Shown here one piece after another: positions 49,918-63,814 of a stretch of DNA of 64,000 nucleotides. The first letter of the stretch is position 1. Every line of letters begins with the position of its first letter. The DNA is taken from contig JAWQFM010000001.1 of NCBI GenBank assembly GCA_033442325.1, positions 728,410 through 792,409 on the forward strand. The letters run 5' to 3'. Source of the stretch: Salpingoeca rosetta. Lineage: Eukaryota > Protista > Choanoflagellata. The position numbers and the translations under genes are program-made. A model generated the notes under the pieces. It ran no database searches. It saw nothing but the letters and a program-made list of their open reading frames with translations, and was not told the DNA's origin.

Positions 49918-52900
49918 ACGCGTGCAGATTGCAACGCGTCTCACCAGAAACACAATTTCAAGGTGCTCCCGCGGAATTTGCTGCCAGTGACCAAGGCATC
50001 AACGCAAAGAGTACACACATGTCAGGCGTAGCTGCAAATGGCAGGTGGGGCATGCGTGTGCAAACAACGGACACACACACACGCGCGCAACTGCAATGGA
50101 AGCAACTAACTCATGCACATATCCACACACACACACGCACACACGCACGCACACACGCACGCATACAAAACCACAACGAATACAACGACCAGCAGCAGCA
50201 GAGACGCACCATGCCCTGGCGGATTTCATCACTGGTGAGTGCAGTTCGCAGCACAGACCACGCCGCCGTTGTTGCGCTCTGAAGAGGATAGTAGAGGCGT
50301 GGAGAGGATAAGGAGGCGACGAGGGGCATCGAGGCAATTGGGCAATATTGTTTAAATTTAAAGAGTCGCACAGGGCATCGAATGTGGTAACGATGGCACG
50401 CATGCAAATGACCAGACACGCACAAACACGCAAGTGTGCATGAGCGCTAATGCACGACGACATATGCACATTCTCGCGTCTTTGTGTGCCGACCTGGACA
50501 ATGTCCTTGTTTGAGTGTTGGAAGAGGGAGAAACACGCAAGCCAGAGGGCGCCGAGATCACCGAAGCAGCGCACGCCACGCTCCCCAGCCGACGTGATGT
50601 TGTTGATCATGTTCACTGCAGCTTGCAGCAGCATGTGGAACTGCAAGCCAAGTGGTGGCGGTGTGAATGCATGTGTGAATGCATGTGTGTATTGTGCGTT
50701 GTGTGTTTGTGTGTATGGTGAATGCGTTTGCTGCGCGGAAAGAATCATGTTCTATGGCAAAGACAGTCAGTCAACCAACATCCAATCCCTTGCGCTCCAC
50801 AGTCAACACCAACCCCGACACAGACAACAGCCGCACCTGGTTGAGCTGCAATTGGCCCCAATCGCCGAGCTTGGTGAAGCAGGAGTGGGTGGTGGCATCA
50901 AGCGGTTGGCACCGCGCCAGCACCTGTTGGGACGCACGAGCGATGGCAGTGGAGAGGTCACGGTGGACACCGTGATTACCAGCGAATGAGAGCACATGCG
51001 GGCATGGCGCACACGCATACGCAAACGCGTTCACACCGACACATACTGACGCATAGGCATGCACTCGCTCACAAACTCGCTCACAAACTCACTCACAAAC
51101 TCGCTGACTCGCTCACAAGTAGAAGCGCACATGCACATGTACACTTGCCACCACACACCTTGCTGAAGATGGCATGTTGGTCCATGTGTGCAAAGAGCAT
51201 CTCCATGCGCGCAGCGGCCTCTGCGTCCATGCTGCCGTGCTGCTGTTGTTCCTCCTCCTCCATCATCGCCATCGCAGCATCATCGTCATCTGCATCCTCG
51301 TCAATCACCGTCCACTCCTCATCTGATACGAATGAGAACAGGGTGAGAGGAGAGGTTCGTGCGTGCGTGTGTGTGTATGTGTGTGCCGGTGTGTTTGAGT
51401 GTGTGCGTGTGTGTGTGTCTGTCTGTCTCTCTCTGTCTCTCTCTGTCTCTCTCTCTCTGTCTGTCTCTCTCTGTCTGTCTGTCTCTCTCTGTCTGTCTGT
51501 CTCTCTCTATCTGTCTGTCTCTCTCTCTCTCTCTGTCTCTGTCTCTGTCTCTGTCTCTCTCTCTGTCACACACACACACACTCTCTCTCTGTGTTGAGCA
51601 GACCTGGCGAGGAGAGGCACAGCATGTTGGTCAGGATTTCCAAGGCGAGGCGCTGTGCGCGGATGTTGCTCTTGACAGCAGCAAGTTGAACCTGCAACAA
51701 ATACCAATCGTGATGCGTGAACCAACACGCTCACATGCAAACAACAACGTAAAACACAACAACGTATGCATTGTCTGCTACACCCACTCACTCATTCACT
51801 TACTCTCAAACACCCATCACCACCCACCCACTCACTCACACACACACACACACTCACACATAATCGCTCGCTCACGCTTTCGTCTGCGACAAAGTTGTTC
51901 TGTTCGGCCTGTCGAGCCTGCGGCAGAACGGGAACGAGGGCGGTGAGCGCCGCGCGTGTGTCTTCGTCCAAGACGGTGCCGGCACACGCAACAACAGCGC
52001 CAAGCGTCTCCTCGTTGTCCGTGGCGCGCGCATTAGCAAGTACGCCTGCTCAGGGGTGGCGACGATGGTGATGGTGGTGGCGGCGGCGGCGGCGATGAGT
52101 GGTGAGTGAGGCACGAGGGGATTGGGTGTGCAGCAAAGGCAAGGCATGTCTCCAGCGGGCACTCGTGTCGTTTGAAAAGCGAGCGCCTCTGAAGTTCCGA
52201 ACCACACCTGTTTGATCATACACGCACACACACACACACATACACTCACTCACATACACACTCACATGCACACACACTCACATACATGCACACCCGGCAT
52301 ATCCACAAAATACACACGCAGCGGTCCCTCACCTGCCGCTGATAGGCGCAGCTCTGCAGTGAAAGGTTCTGTGGCGGTGGCCGCAACAAGCGACACGAGA
52401 TGCTGCTGTGCTTGCGTGTTTCCCACCAACCACTCTGAAAACGCCGCGTTGTCCTCGGAGATGACCAGCAGGGACGATGCTGTTGCATGACGAGAAAAGC
52501 GTGAGCGCTGCAGGGGACAGGTAGGAAAAGGGAAAATGTATGTGGCGCAACAGTGTGGCATGACAGTGTGGTGCAAAGCCCGGCAAGTTGGCAGTGTGCT
52601 GTGCAAACGCCTGTCCGGTGCGAGCGGTTGGTGGTGTGACGGTGGTTTGCACGTGCACGCGTCACTGAGCAATGCGCACCTGCGTTGATGCAGAGGGGAA
52701 GTGGAAGGAGACTGGGCCGCATGCACGCCACCATGTTGGCAAGCATGTCAGGTGCCGCTGTGATGGCCTCAACCATCATGGGATTCGTTTCGCTGCATAC
52801 CGTATGTCGAAGCGGGGTGAGGGTGAGCAACGCAGAAACAGAATCCAAAGGCGCCAACGTTGGACAAGCACACCGACACAGCGCACAGCACGCACGCACC

Positions 52901-53905
52901 ACAGGAGGCTGAAGATTTTGCAGAGCTGTTCCAAGACATCAAAGAAGTGAAGTTTGTGCTCATCGTCGGCCTCCGCAACTGTCTGCTCAATCTCCGACAC
53001 ACGCTATCAGCACAAGCAATGGCACGCAGCGTGCGTGTGCGTGCGTGTGTGTGTGTGTGCGTGCGTGTGTGTGTGACCGTGTGATTGTGTGAGAGAGAGA
53101 GAGAGAGACAGACCGTGTGATTGTGTGTGTGTGCGAGTGTGTGAGTGTGAATGTGAGTGGAGAGCGATAATGACAGGCACACGTACATGGGCATACGCGC
53201 TGTGCGTGAGGGCTCACTTTTGCAAACACGGTGCTGAGGGTGTGTTGTGTGGCATCGTCAAAGACGTGCCCCAGAATGCTGTCATCGCTGCTTGTGGCGA
53301 GATTCCTGTCATGCATCACCGCGAACATGTTGATGAAGCAAAGCAAGTTAGTCGGGTGCGGAGAGAACAGTGACTATGTGCGTGGTCATGTGCGCGCACA
53401 CACACATGCGTAAATGTACACACACATACACACACACGTACACGCACACACATGCGCAAATGTACACACACATACACACACGCGTACACGCACACACATG
53501 CGCAAATGTACACACACGTACACACGCGCGCGCGCACACATACACACACCTGAAGCAGCCGGCGGCTTCTGCCTGTACGGGGAGGTTCTCCGAGTCGTTG
53601 AGCGCTGCTCGAAGCGGCTCCACAATGCCCATTTCCAGCAGTGGTGCATGTGCTGCGGGATCGGCAGTGATGTGTGCGAGACTGTTACAGGCGAGGTGCC
53701 GCGCTGCAGCGGCCTCATCTGCCAACTGCACCAGCAGAGGCGCGACAGCGTTCTTCACTGCATCGGCGTTGTTCTTCTGACCCGCTTTTTGCTGCTCCTG
53801 ATCTCTCCTCTGCTGTTGCTGTTGTTGCTGCTGCTGCTGCTGTGACGAGGCCTTGCCACCTCCCTTCTTCTTCTTCCCTTTGTTGTTGCGCCTGTGTCGC
53901 GGCAT
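48750..53905 (-). CDS. HEATR3: HEAT/ARM-repeat protein HEATR3 (Syo1 symportin)-like, multi-exon
   Basis: Basic N-terminus [14 protein letters not shown] plus polyQ; ARM repeats; AALNVCSETNP-like block; [10 protein letters not shown] followed by an acidic loop; [12 protein letters not shown]; C-terminus [16 protein letters not shown]. Confidence 0.8.
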
Positions 53906-54270
53906 GCTGCTGTTTGTGGCTGTCAAATGTGGTGAAGTGTGTGCGCATGTGCAGCAGCGTGTTCCTCGTGGGTTGAATTTGGTGGTGCGACAGCACAAAA
54001 TCCTGCTTTTGCTCTGTGCGACGTGTGTTGTCTGTTTGCGCACACCACCTCTTACCGAGCGCCCCTCCTCCCTCCCCCTCCTTTCTTCCATCTTAACTTA
54101 TTTGCACACTGGCAAGTTTGCTTCGCGTTTTACAAGACGAGACAGCAGCAGCAAAGGGGAAGCGGACATGGTGGGGTATCATGTCCAAACCAACCGAGGA
54201 GTAGTACAGAGTGTGCAACTGGAACAACCAGACAAAACAAAAGGAGAGGGTATGTGTTGAATGGGTGCAG

Positions 54271-55600
54271 TTACTCCTTGGCAGCCTCCTTGCGCTGGGC
54301 GGCCTTGCGCATAGCGACGAGAACAGCGCTCATCTCCTCACGCTTTCTCTTAGCACGCTTGTGAGTGCCCAGCTGTGTGTGTTGGTGGTGTCCAGTGGGG
54401 GTGGTATGGCGCGGATGCGACGCAAATGGTGGTGGTGGTGGTGTGAGCGAGGTGTGAGCGATGTGTGGCAGGGTGGTGTGGGGTAAAACGAGGAACTGCA
54501 CAACGCCGTGGTGCACAGAGAAGAGAGAAGACGCTCACCACCATACGCCACGCGCCACACCACAAAGAACACACACACACGGCGCACACCATCCCAATCA
54601 CACACAAGCGCACACACGCACACTCACACATCTCCCTTCGCACACCCAAGCGCACGGGCATGTGGCAAGGGCACAACTCAACACAGTCTCTAACGCTTCC
54701 ACGCACACACACACACATACATAGATGCAATACATAGATACATACACGCACAGCATGTCAACGAACCCTCTTCTTGCAGAACTTGAGGGCGCGCTTGTCA
54801 GCACCAATACGGAGAAGCTCCATGCAGCGGCGCTCGTAGGGAGCAAAGCCAGCAACCTCACGGATCACGTCACGCACAAACTTTGTGCGCTTGGCAGGCT
54901 GTGAAAAGGCACAAGACAAATCAAAAAGGCAGGCAGGAAAGGAGCGAGAGGGGAAGCGGAGTGGAGTGAGAGAATGGTCACTCGAGCGTGGCACGTGGCA
55001 CAGACGAAAAACGCGGTGTGAGATGCTGCAGCCTTCTGTGCGCGACATGTGACGGCAGCCCACTGGGTCGGCTTGTTGCCTCTTCGAACAACATTCCGTC
55101 CCTCTCAACCAAGCATCAGCCAGAAACCATCTTCGCCTCGACATGCTGTCGTCTGTGCTGAAGTCTAAAGCGGCACCACCATCAACGACAATCAAGCACA
55201 TGGCTGGTCCTCATCGTAGCAACCGCAACAAGTCTTCCATCTCACGCGGGCTGTGGCTGTTTCTCCAAACTCGTAAAGCAGCACATGCACTCGAAAACAA
55301 AAACAGCCTGCCGTTCTTTTGCCGCGCAATCACCATCTCGTCTCGTCTCGTGTCGTCTGGTCTTGTATCGGCTGCATGCGATGCTGATGATGATGATGAC
55401 AGGCAACTCGACCTCATGTGCAATCCCTGCTTCATAACCACACAACACAGCACAGGCCCGGTGGATCAACTTACCCCGCGGTGAGCCTTCTGGCCAGCCT
55501 TCATCTTGGTGACCTTGTGGCCACGGACGAGGCCGTACGCGACATCGCCGCGGGGCTCCTGGGGAGCTGGGGGAGAGAACTTCACAGCCGAGCTCGACAT
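54271..55600 (-). CDS. RPL36: 60S ribosomal protein L36 (eL36), 3 exons
   Basis: [64 protein letters not shown]. Confidence 0.97.
55045..55150 (-). ncRNA. Weaker second H/ACA-like candidate in RPL36 intron 1
   Basis: GACGG..CCGTC stem immediately followed by ACA-TGT; upstream AGCAT..ATGCT hairpin; the H box is non-canonical (AGAGGG). Confidence 0.3.
55249..55375 (-). ncRNA. Candidate box H/ACA snoRNA in RPL36 intron 1
   Basis: On the sense strand: 5' hairpin closed by GCCG..CGGC, H box AAAAGA/AAAGAA (55320-55314), 3' hairpin closed by a perfect 8-bp stem GGCTGTTT/AAACAGCC, then ACA plus 3 nt. Confidence 0.65.
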
Positions 55601-55641
55601 CGTGTGGTCTGTGTGTGCTGGGTATGGGCTGGTGGTAGCAC

Positions 55642-55654
55642 AAGAGGAAAAAGG
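55642..55654 (-). promoter_or_regulatory. Oligopyrimidine tract (TOP/TCT-like) upstream of RPL36
   Basis: CCTTTTTCCTCTT about 42 nt upstream of the ATG. Confidence 0.45.
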
Positions 55655-55941
55655 CACGGCAGACGCGCTCGCTGACTGCATGTGCCTGCGCCTTTTTCCA
55701 GCTCGCACCACACAAAATTTTCACCATCCCGCACACTTCATGCTGTCGTCGTTTCAACTGGTTGAGAACACGACAAAGTGCAGTAGGCAGTTTTTTGGCG
55801 CCAGTCACATCACAACGAGCTCGCCAACCAACAACAACGTGAGACACAGCAGGCAAGCAAGAGTGCGTGGTGCACCTTGATTGATGTTGACGTGAGAGGA
55901 GAGCACCTGTTGCACCAACAACCAACAACAAACAAACAACG

Positions 55942-58900
55942 ATGGGTGGCAACAAGCAGAAGCAGAGCTCCATCTCCCGGTTCTTTGCGCGCAAAAAGGC
56001 GGTGGCAGCCAAAGCAAAGAAGGCCAGCTCCACCAGTGCAAACAGTAGCAGCGGCAGCAGCACGGGTGCCTCCAAGTTCTTTGGCGGTGCGTCAAGCAAT
56101 GGTGACGGGACCAACGGCACGACAAGCCAGGCCACCAAGCCTGCCGCTCCTCTCTCCCCAAAGATTACAAAAGCAGTGGATGCACTGAGCGATTTCCTCC
56201 CTTCCACAAAGCGAGGTGTGTGGGTGTGTGTGGGGGGGGGGGGTGGGTGTGGGTGTGGGTGTGTGGGTGTGGGTGTGGATGTGTGTGTGTGTGTGCGTGT
56301 GTGTGGATGTGTGTGTGGGTGTGGATGTGTGTGTGGGTGTGTGCGTCCATCGTTGATGCGCCTCTCTGTCCCTCTCTGTCCCTCTCCATCCTCCTTTGTG
56401 CCTCGACGTACATGCCCGCACGCCCCTGTCTTTCTCTCCCCTCTGTCCCGCTGCCCCTCTGTCCCTCTGTCCCTCTGTCCCTGTCGTGTCTCCCTCTCCT
56501 TTGCGCTCATAGCATGTGCGTGGCATGGTCACGATTGCAGCCAAGACAGATCGCGCCAGCACCCCAAGCAAGCCGGCGGTGGCCGGCGCAAAACCAGACA
56601 TTGCCACATCAAGCGCAAAGCGCAAAGTGGAGCTGAGTCCTGTCCCCGAGAAAAGCGCAAGTGCGACCAGCATTCTGAACCACCTTGCCAGCTCAACCGC
56701 GACGCACCCCCAGCAGCGACCACACTACTACGCACTACTCACTCCACACAAGCTCAAGTCACTTGCTTGCTCGCTTGCTCACGTGCATGAACGCATGCTT
56801 TGGCTTGCATTCTTGCGACAGAGCTGGATGTGCACTCGTTCTTGCGGGCAGACACACACAAGCAGCGCAAAAGCGCCACAGGCCTGCCTGGCTTTGAGGT
56901 CCCCAAAGGCGCCAAGCTCACGCCGCTCGAACAACAGTAAGGGTGGAATGACCTGGTCACCTCTTCTCCTATCCCAAGCTGTGCGATGGTTCCAATACCC
57001 CAATCCAACGGCCCCGCAAATCTCCCGCAACACACACGCGCACACCCGCGCACACACCCGCGCGCACAACACACGCAACAGGTTCTTGGACGTGAAGCGC
57101 AAGCATCCCAACTCGGTGCTGCTGGTGGAGGTTGGATACAAGGTCGGTTGCTTGCCGTCCGTCCGTCTGTGTATGTGTGTGTGTGTGTGTGTGTGTGGGC
57201 GTGTGTGAGTGTGTGTCCGTGTGGGCGTGTGTCCGTGTGTGTCCGTGTGTGTCTTGCATGTGTTCGCGCTCTCATGAGCTCTCACGGGCTTTTTGTGCGT
57301 GTGTACGTACCAACAGTATCAGTTCTTCGGTCGCGATGCGGAGATTGCTGCCGATGTCCTCAACATCTTCTGCGCGTCAGGTCGTGTCATGTTGTGCGCT
57401 GCGCTGTGTGCTGGTGTTGAAGCCTGCTTCCTGGTCGGTCGTGTGGGCAATAGCTCCACGTGCTGGCTTGTTTTGGCTGTCTGTGCCAAACCTCATTCGC
57501 CCTCACATGTGTTGCTGCAATGCCGCGTTTGCACATGAACAGGACACAACAACTTCAAGATTGCCAGCATCCCCGTGCACCGCCTGTTTGTACACGTGCG
57601 CCGTCTCGTTGATGCCGGATACAAGGTCTGCCAGCGAGCGCATGCAAGCACCCATGTGCATATACACATATGCAGTTGCAAGCCCTCACACACACACACA
57701 CACGCACGCGCGCACACACACACACGCATACACACACACACACACACACGCACGCACGCACGCACACACACTCTCTCTTGCGCGCTCTCTCTCTCTCTCT
57801 CGCCCCACACATCCAACATGTGTCAACATCATTTGCTCATGGACACTGGTGACGATGCCATCATGCTTTCCCCCTCCCCTTCTATCCTTCCCGTGGGACA
57901 GGTTGGTGTTGTGAAACAGACGGAGACAGCTGCCTTGAAGAAAGCCAGTGCGAACAAGAGCAAACCCTTCACCCGCAAGCTCGCAGCCATGTACACAAAG
58001 GTCAGTCGTTGCGCTCATGTGCAAACGATAACCCCCATGTAGCCAACCGCCTGCGTGTTACATACTCTTTCCATCATCATCATCGTCGTCGTCGTCATCA
58101 TCATCATCGTCATCATCATCATCAGGGCACGCTGATTGGCGAGGATGTTGACGTTGGCGATGACGCGGCAGACGTCAATGAGGTCTGCATCAACACACGA
58201 CGGCACTGCCTGCTGTCTACTGTGTGTTGTTGTTGTTCTTGTTGTTGTTGGCAGTGAATCCTCACCACGCATACACACGCACTAACACATACACACGCGC
58301 GCGATTGTGACAGACGGGGTACCTGTGCTGCCTGTGTGAAGACATTAAGGACGAAGCAGGGGAGAACACAACCGTTGGCCTTGTTGCCGTCAACTGCACC
58401 ACAGGTGAAGTGTCACACGAACGCATTGCGACTTGAGCACCCACATGCAGCGCTCAGCTGCTTCGCTCACACACGTTCACACACACGTGCATACATGGTA
58501 CTACGCTTGCTGACCCTCAAACACACACGCACTCATTCACTCACTGACACACTCACTCACTCACACACACACACACACACTCACTCACTCACACACACAC
58601 ACACTCACTCACTCACTCACACACACACACACACTCACTCACTCACTCACTCACTCACTCACACACACACACACACTCACACACTCACACACACTCACTC
58701 ACTCACTCACTCACTCTCACACACATGCACACATGCACACGCTCCACGCGCGCCCATTTCAATGCAACATCACACAGGCGATCTGATTTACGACGAATTC
58801 AGCGATGATGTCAGCAGAGCAGCGCTGGACACGCGCCTGGCACACATCAGCGTGAGCTGCACTGCGATGCTTGCCCTTGTGTTCCTTGCGCTCCTTGCTT

Positions 58901-60422
58901 GCTTGCTCCACGCTCCACGTACACGCGTTCACAACCTTGTTCTTCCGCATCTTCTTTGTCATGATGGCCATTGCACACCACTCACCTATGCAACCAAACA
59001 CGCACTCACAAACACGCACTTACACACTCACAAACACGCACACACACATACACCACCCGCGCAGCCTGTGGAAGTTTTGCTGCCGAAGAATTTGCACTCG
59101 AGAACTGCCCGCCTCATCCACGCGTTTCACTCAGACGGTGAATGCAACATCGATACGACCTGCACATGCCATCCAACCCTCCAACTACGCACTTGCACAG
59201 CCGCCAACAACCACACATGCATGCATCGACAAAGCGACACACACGTTGCACAGCTCATCCTTTGTTGTGTCTGTGCGCTGAATTGCATCCTTCTCTCCTC
59301 TCTGTTCTTCACTTCAGGCGTACGGGAGGAGCGGTTGTCCGATGACCATTTTGACGTCACGCGTGCAGCCAGCGTCATCACGGACTTTTTCTCCGATTCT
59401 CCGCACACAGCATCCCCAACCGCCGCCACACCACCATCACCATCATCAAAATCCACCGCCACCACCACTTCAGCAGCAGCGAAGAATGCGACAATTGTGA
59501 GCACAATGCTGTCGCTGCCACCGCGCGTGCTTGCATGCATGGCTGCACTCCTCCACCATCTCAAGGCCTTCAACCTCGAACGTGTCCTCGCTCTCACTTC
59601 CTCCCTCCGCAGATTCACAACAACAGGTGTGTGTGTGTGTGTGTGTGTATGTGTGTGACGTGTGTTGTGTGCGCCCTCCTGTATGAGACTGCCCAACCCT
59701 GTTTTATGTCATCAAACATGCTGCTATTTTTTTTCCTTCTCGACTCCTCACCGCGTGTCACAATGTTGACTGCGTAGGGCGGGAGATGATTCTCAACGCG
59801 TGTACGCTTAAGAACCTCGACGTGCTGCGGGAACAGGTGCGTTGAGACACCCATGCATGCAATTGCGCCACCACACGCGCACGAATACACACGTACGCAC
59901 ATGTCACATCGCAATGTGCCGCCCACTGCCCGCCAATCCCACGTGCAAGGTTCCGTCCCACACATCCACACATCCACACACACACACACACACACAACCA
60001 TCACCCCCCACCAGTCGACGGGGTCGCACCAGGGCTCGCTGCTGTGGCTGCTGGACCACACGTGCACGTCCTTTGGGCGCCGCCTTCTGCGCCACTGGGT
60101 TGCACGCCCTCTCGTCTCCTTCACGTGCGTCGCTGAGCGCTCGCTTGTTGTGCTTGCCTTCCCCGCATGCACGTACATGTATGCTTACATTTCCTTGGCC
60201 CTGTGATGTGTCTTGATCGTTGATGTTTCGATGCGGCACCTCACACACGCGCACGTGCACCAACCACCGCCGTTTGCAGGGACATTGAGGAGCGGCAGCG
60301 TACGGTTGAGCTCTTCTCGTCCGCGTTTCAGACCGGCGCTGACGACCTGCGCTCGCTCCTGTCCGGAATTCCGGACATTGAACGCGGCCTCCTCACCGTC
60401 TACTCACAACGGGTGTGTATTT

Positions 60423-60490
<68 letters not shown>

Positions 60491-60785
60491 TTCTGTGTGT
60501 GTGTGTGTGTGTGTGTGCTCGTGTGTGTGTGTGTGTGTGTGTGTGTTTGTGGTGCCCCATCATCATTGTTCGCACCATCAGCATTGTTCCACTCACCGTC
60601 AACCTGGGTGCCTGCTTGCGTATTTGTCATCACAATCAGAGCTCTCCGCGCGAGTTCCACGCATTGGTGACGGCAATGTCCCGTGTGCGGGAGCATTTCG
60701 TCATGCTCCAAGCACACAGCGTTTTGAAACGGTCCTCCCTCCTCTCCAAACTCGTGGAGGTGTGTGTGTGTGTGTTGGTGTGTTG

Positions 60786-60834
<49 letters not shown>

Positions 60835-61138
60835 CTCGCTCGCACCTTATCGATTTTTGGTTTTCCATGAAGACTCTCTCTCATCTGACGAAGTTGCTCA
60901 CCAGTAACCATCCACACACATACACACACACATACACACACACACACACGCCAACACGCACGCGTGCCCCCGGCAGACGGTGTGTGATGCGCTCGAGACG
61001 GCGACCAACTATGTCGGCATGATGAAGAAGGAGGCGGCAGAGAAGAACGACAAGATCGACTTGCTCGTGGACTGCCACCACATCTTCCCGACGAAACGCC
61101 CGCTGGAGGAACAGCTCACCACCGTCAAACGTACGTGC

Positions 61139-61178
<40 letters not shown>

Positions 61179-62627
61179 CCATGTCTGCCCTTTAGGATCC
61201 CGCGACACGCTGTCCACTGAGTGCTCACGTGCTGTGTGTTTGCTGCACCGCCACGGTGTTCTCGACGTGCAGACGAGTTGGCGACACACAAGCGCACCAT
61301 TTGCCGCACCCTCGGCCTGAACGCGTTTGAATACACGTGTGTGAGTGGCGAGGATTATCTCATCGAAGTACCCCGCTCCCGCGTAAGTCGCACAGTACTT
61401 TGCCCGTGCATGTGCTTGCTTGCTTGCTTGCCTCCGTGCTACCTTGTGTGCTTGCTTGCTATCTTGCTCGCTTGCTTGCTTGCTTCCTCTTGCCATTCCA
61501 CTCACATGCCCACACACACACACACACATCACACACACATGCACACGCACATCACACACACACAAAACACTCCTTGATCCCACTGTCGCGCCAGTCGTCC
61601 ATTGTTCCAAAGGACTGGAGAACCATCAGCGCCACAAAGCAGAAAGTTCGGTACCGCTCACAATTCATCCACGAACGCGTGCGTATTGCTCGCTGCTGTG
61701 AAGACAGACAGAATGTTTGTTTGTTTGTTTGTTTGTTTGTTTGTTTGTTTGTTTGTTTGTTTGTTTGTTTGTTTGTGCGGGGTGCTGAGCATTTCTTGCG
61801 TTCGCTTGCATGTACGTGTGTGCGAGTGCTTCCGCTCGCAGGACTCGACCATTCACATCCATAATGCCATTCACGCACACCCTTCGTCTGCCAACACGCG
61901 TGTTGTGCCCTTTAGCTTGAGGTGATGGCGCAGTGCAACGAGCAGCTGCAGATTGACGCAGCAGAGGCGTGGCGCAAGTTCATGGGTGCGTTGCGGGTGC
62001 TTTGCATGTTCCTACTCGCCTCCTCTTCTGCCTCCCTCCCCATTATTTGTTCCACCATTGTCATTCACCACAACACCAACGACAACCGTTCCCATCAACC
62101 ACACCATCCCTCGTTCTCACCACCACCACCACCACCACCACTGCCTCCATCATTGCCACCACCACCACCACTGCCTCCATCATTGCCACCATCACCACCA
62201 TCACCGCCACGCCTGTCAGAGTCGTTTTCTGCGTCATATGACGAGCTTCGTCGCGGCATCAAAGCGCTGGCTACGCTCGACTGCCTCCTCTCGCTCGCCC
62301 ACACCGCAAAGCTGCCGGGATATGTCAAGCCAACGCTCCTCAGCCACGCTCCCAGCGGTGTGGGCGGCAACCACGCCGGGGAAGGCTGCAACCACACCAG
62401 CACCCCACCAGACGCCACCACCACCACCAGCAGTAGCAGTGTGCATGGTGGTAGTGGTGGTGGTGGTGGTGGTGGTGGTGGTGTGCAAAGCGTGCGTGGC
62501 CGTGCTGCGAGGAAGAGCAGCGCGCCGCATCTGCACATTGTCAACGGACGCCATCCAATGGTGGCCGCTGTGCTCGACGACCAGTTTGTGCCAAACTCAA
62601 CACACATGGACGTACGTGTGTGTGTGG

Positions 62628-62704
<77 letters not shown>

Positions 62705-63126
62705 GATGAATTGAAATGAGTGTTCGTAGCAGCGCCTTGCTCGTCTGCTCATGCGTACGCGGGTGTGTGCTTGCAGGGAGATGGTGTGCGCTGCATGGTG
62801 ATTACTGGCCCCAATATGGGCGGCAAGAGCTCATACATCAAGCAGGTTGGTTGGCTTAGTGCTGTGTGTGAAGGCGTGTGTGTGTGTGTGTGTGTTTTAC
62901 GGTGTGATGTGCTTTGTGTGTGTGTGTGTGCGTGTGTGTTCATTGCTTCTGTACGCAGAATTCACTTCAGCTCTCACTCTGTTGTCTGTTTTGCATTTCT
63001 GATCTCGTTCAGGTTGCGCTGATTGTGATGATGGCCCAGCTTGGATGCTTTGTTCCCGCAGACAGTGCAGAGCTCACGCTCGTCACCAACATCTACACCA
63101 GGTCCTGCAGGGCGGAAGAGGGAGGG

Positions 63127-63160
<34 letters not shown>

Positions 63161-63408
63161 ACATGTGTGTCTGTCTGTCTGTCTGTCTGTCTGGGTGTCT
63201 AGCTCGTGGCCGCCGAAATCCTCGCAGCCATCCTCAACTTCAACACATCTCACCCCATCCCTCCCCCAACAGGATGGGTGCCTCTGATGACATTGAGCGC
63301 GGGCAGAGCACATTCATGACGGAACTGCGTGAGGCGTCGGAAGCGCTGTGCAACGCAGACACGCATTCACTCGTCATCATGGACGAGCTTGGCAGAGGTG
63401 ACAACTGC

Positions 63409-63442
<34 letters not shown>

Positions 63443-63756
63443 TATGTGTTTTGCAAATGCGCAATCGTCTGGCTGAACATGTGTCTGTTGTTTGTTTGTT
63501 TGTTTGTTTTTCATGCTTGTTTGTTTGTTTGTTTGTTTGTTTTTCATGCTTGTTTGTTTGTTTGTTTGTTTTTCATCTGCTTCAGGCACGTCCACGCACG
63601 ACGGCGTCGCCATTGCCCACGCAACGTTGAAATATCTCATCGACAAGGTGCATCCATTCCGTCCACTGGTGTACTGCGACTAATCACACTTCTACACACG
63701 CGCACTGCTTCTTTACCCCTCTGTCCTCACTCACAAACGCGACCATCTGCCTCTTG

Positions 63757-63814
<58 letters not shown>

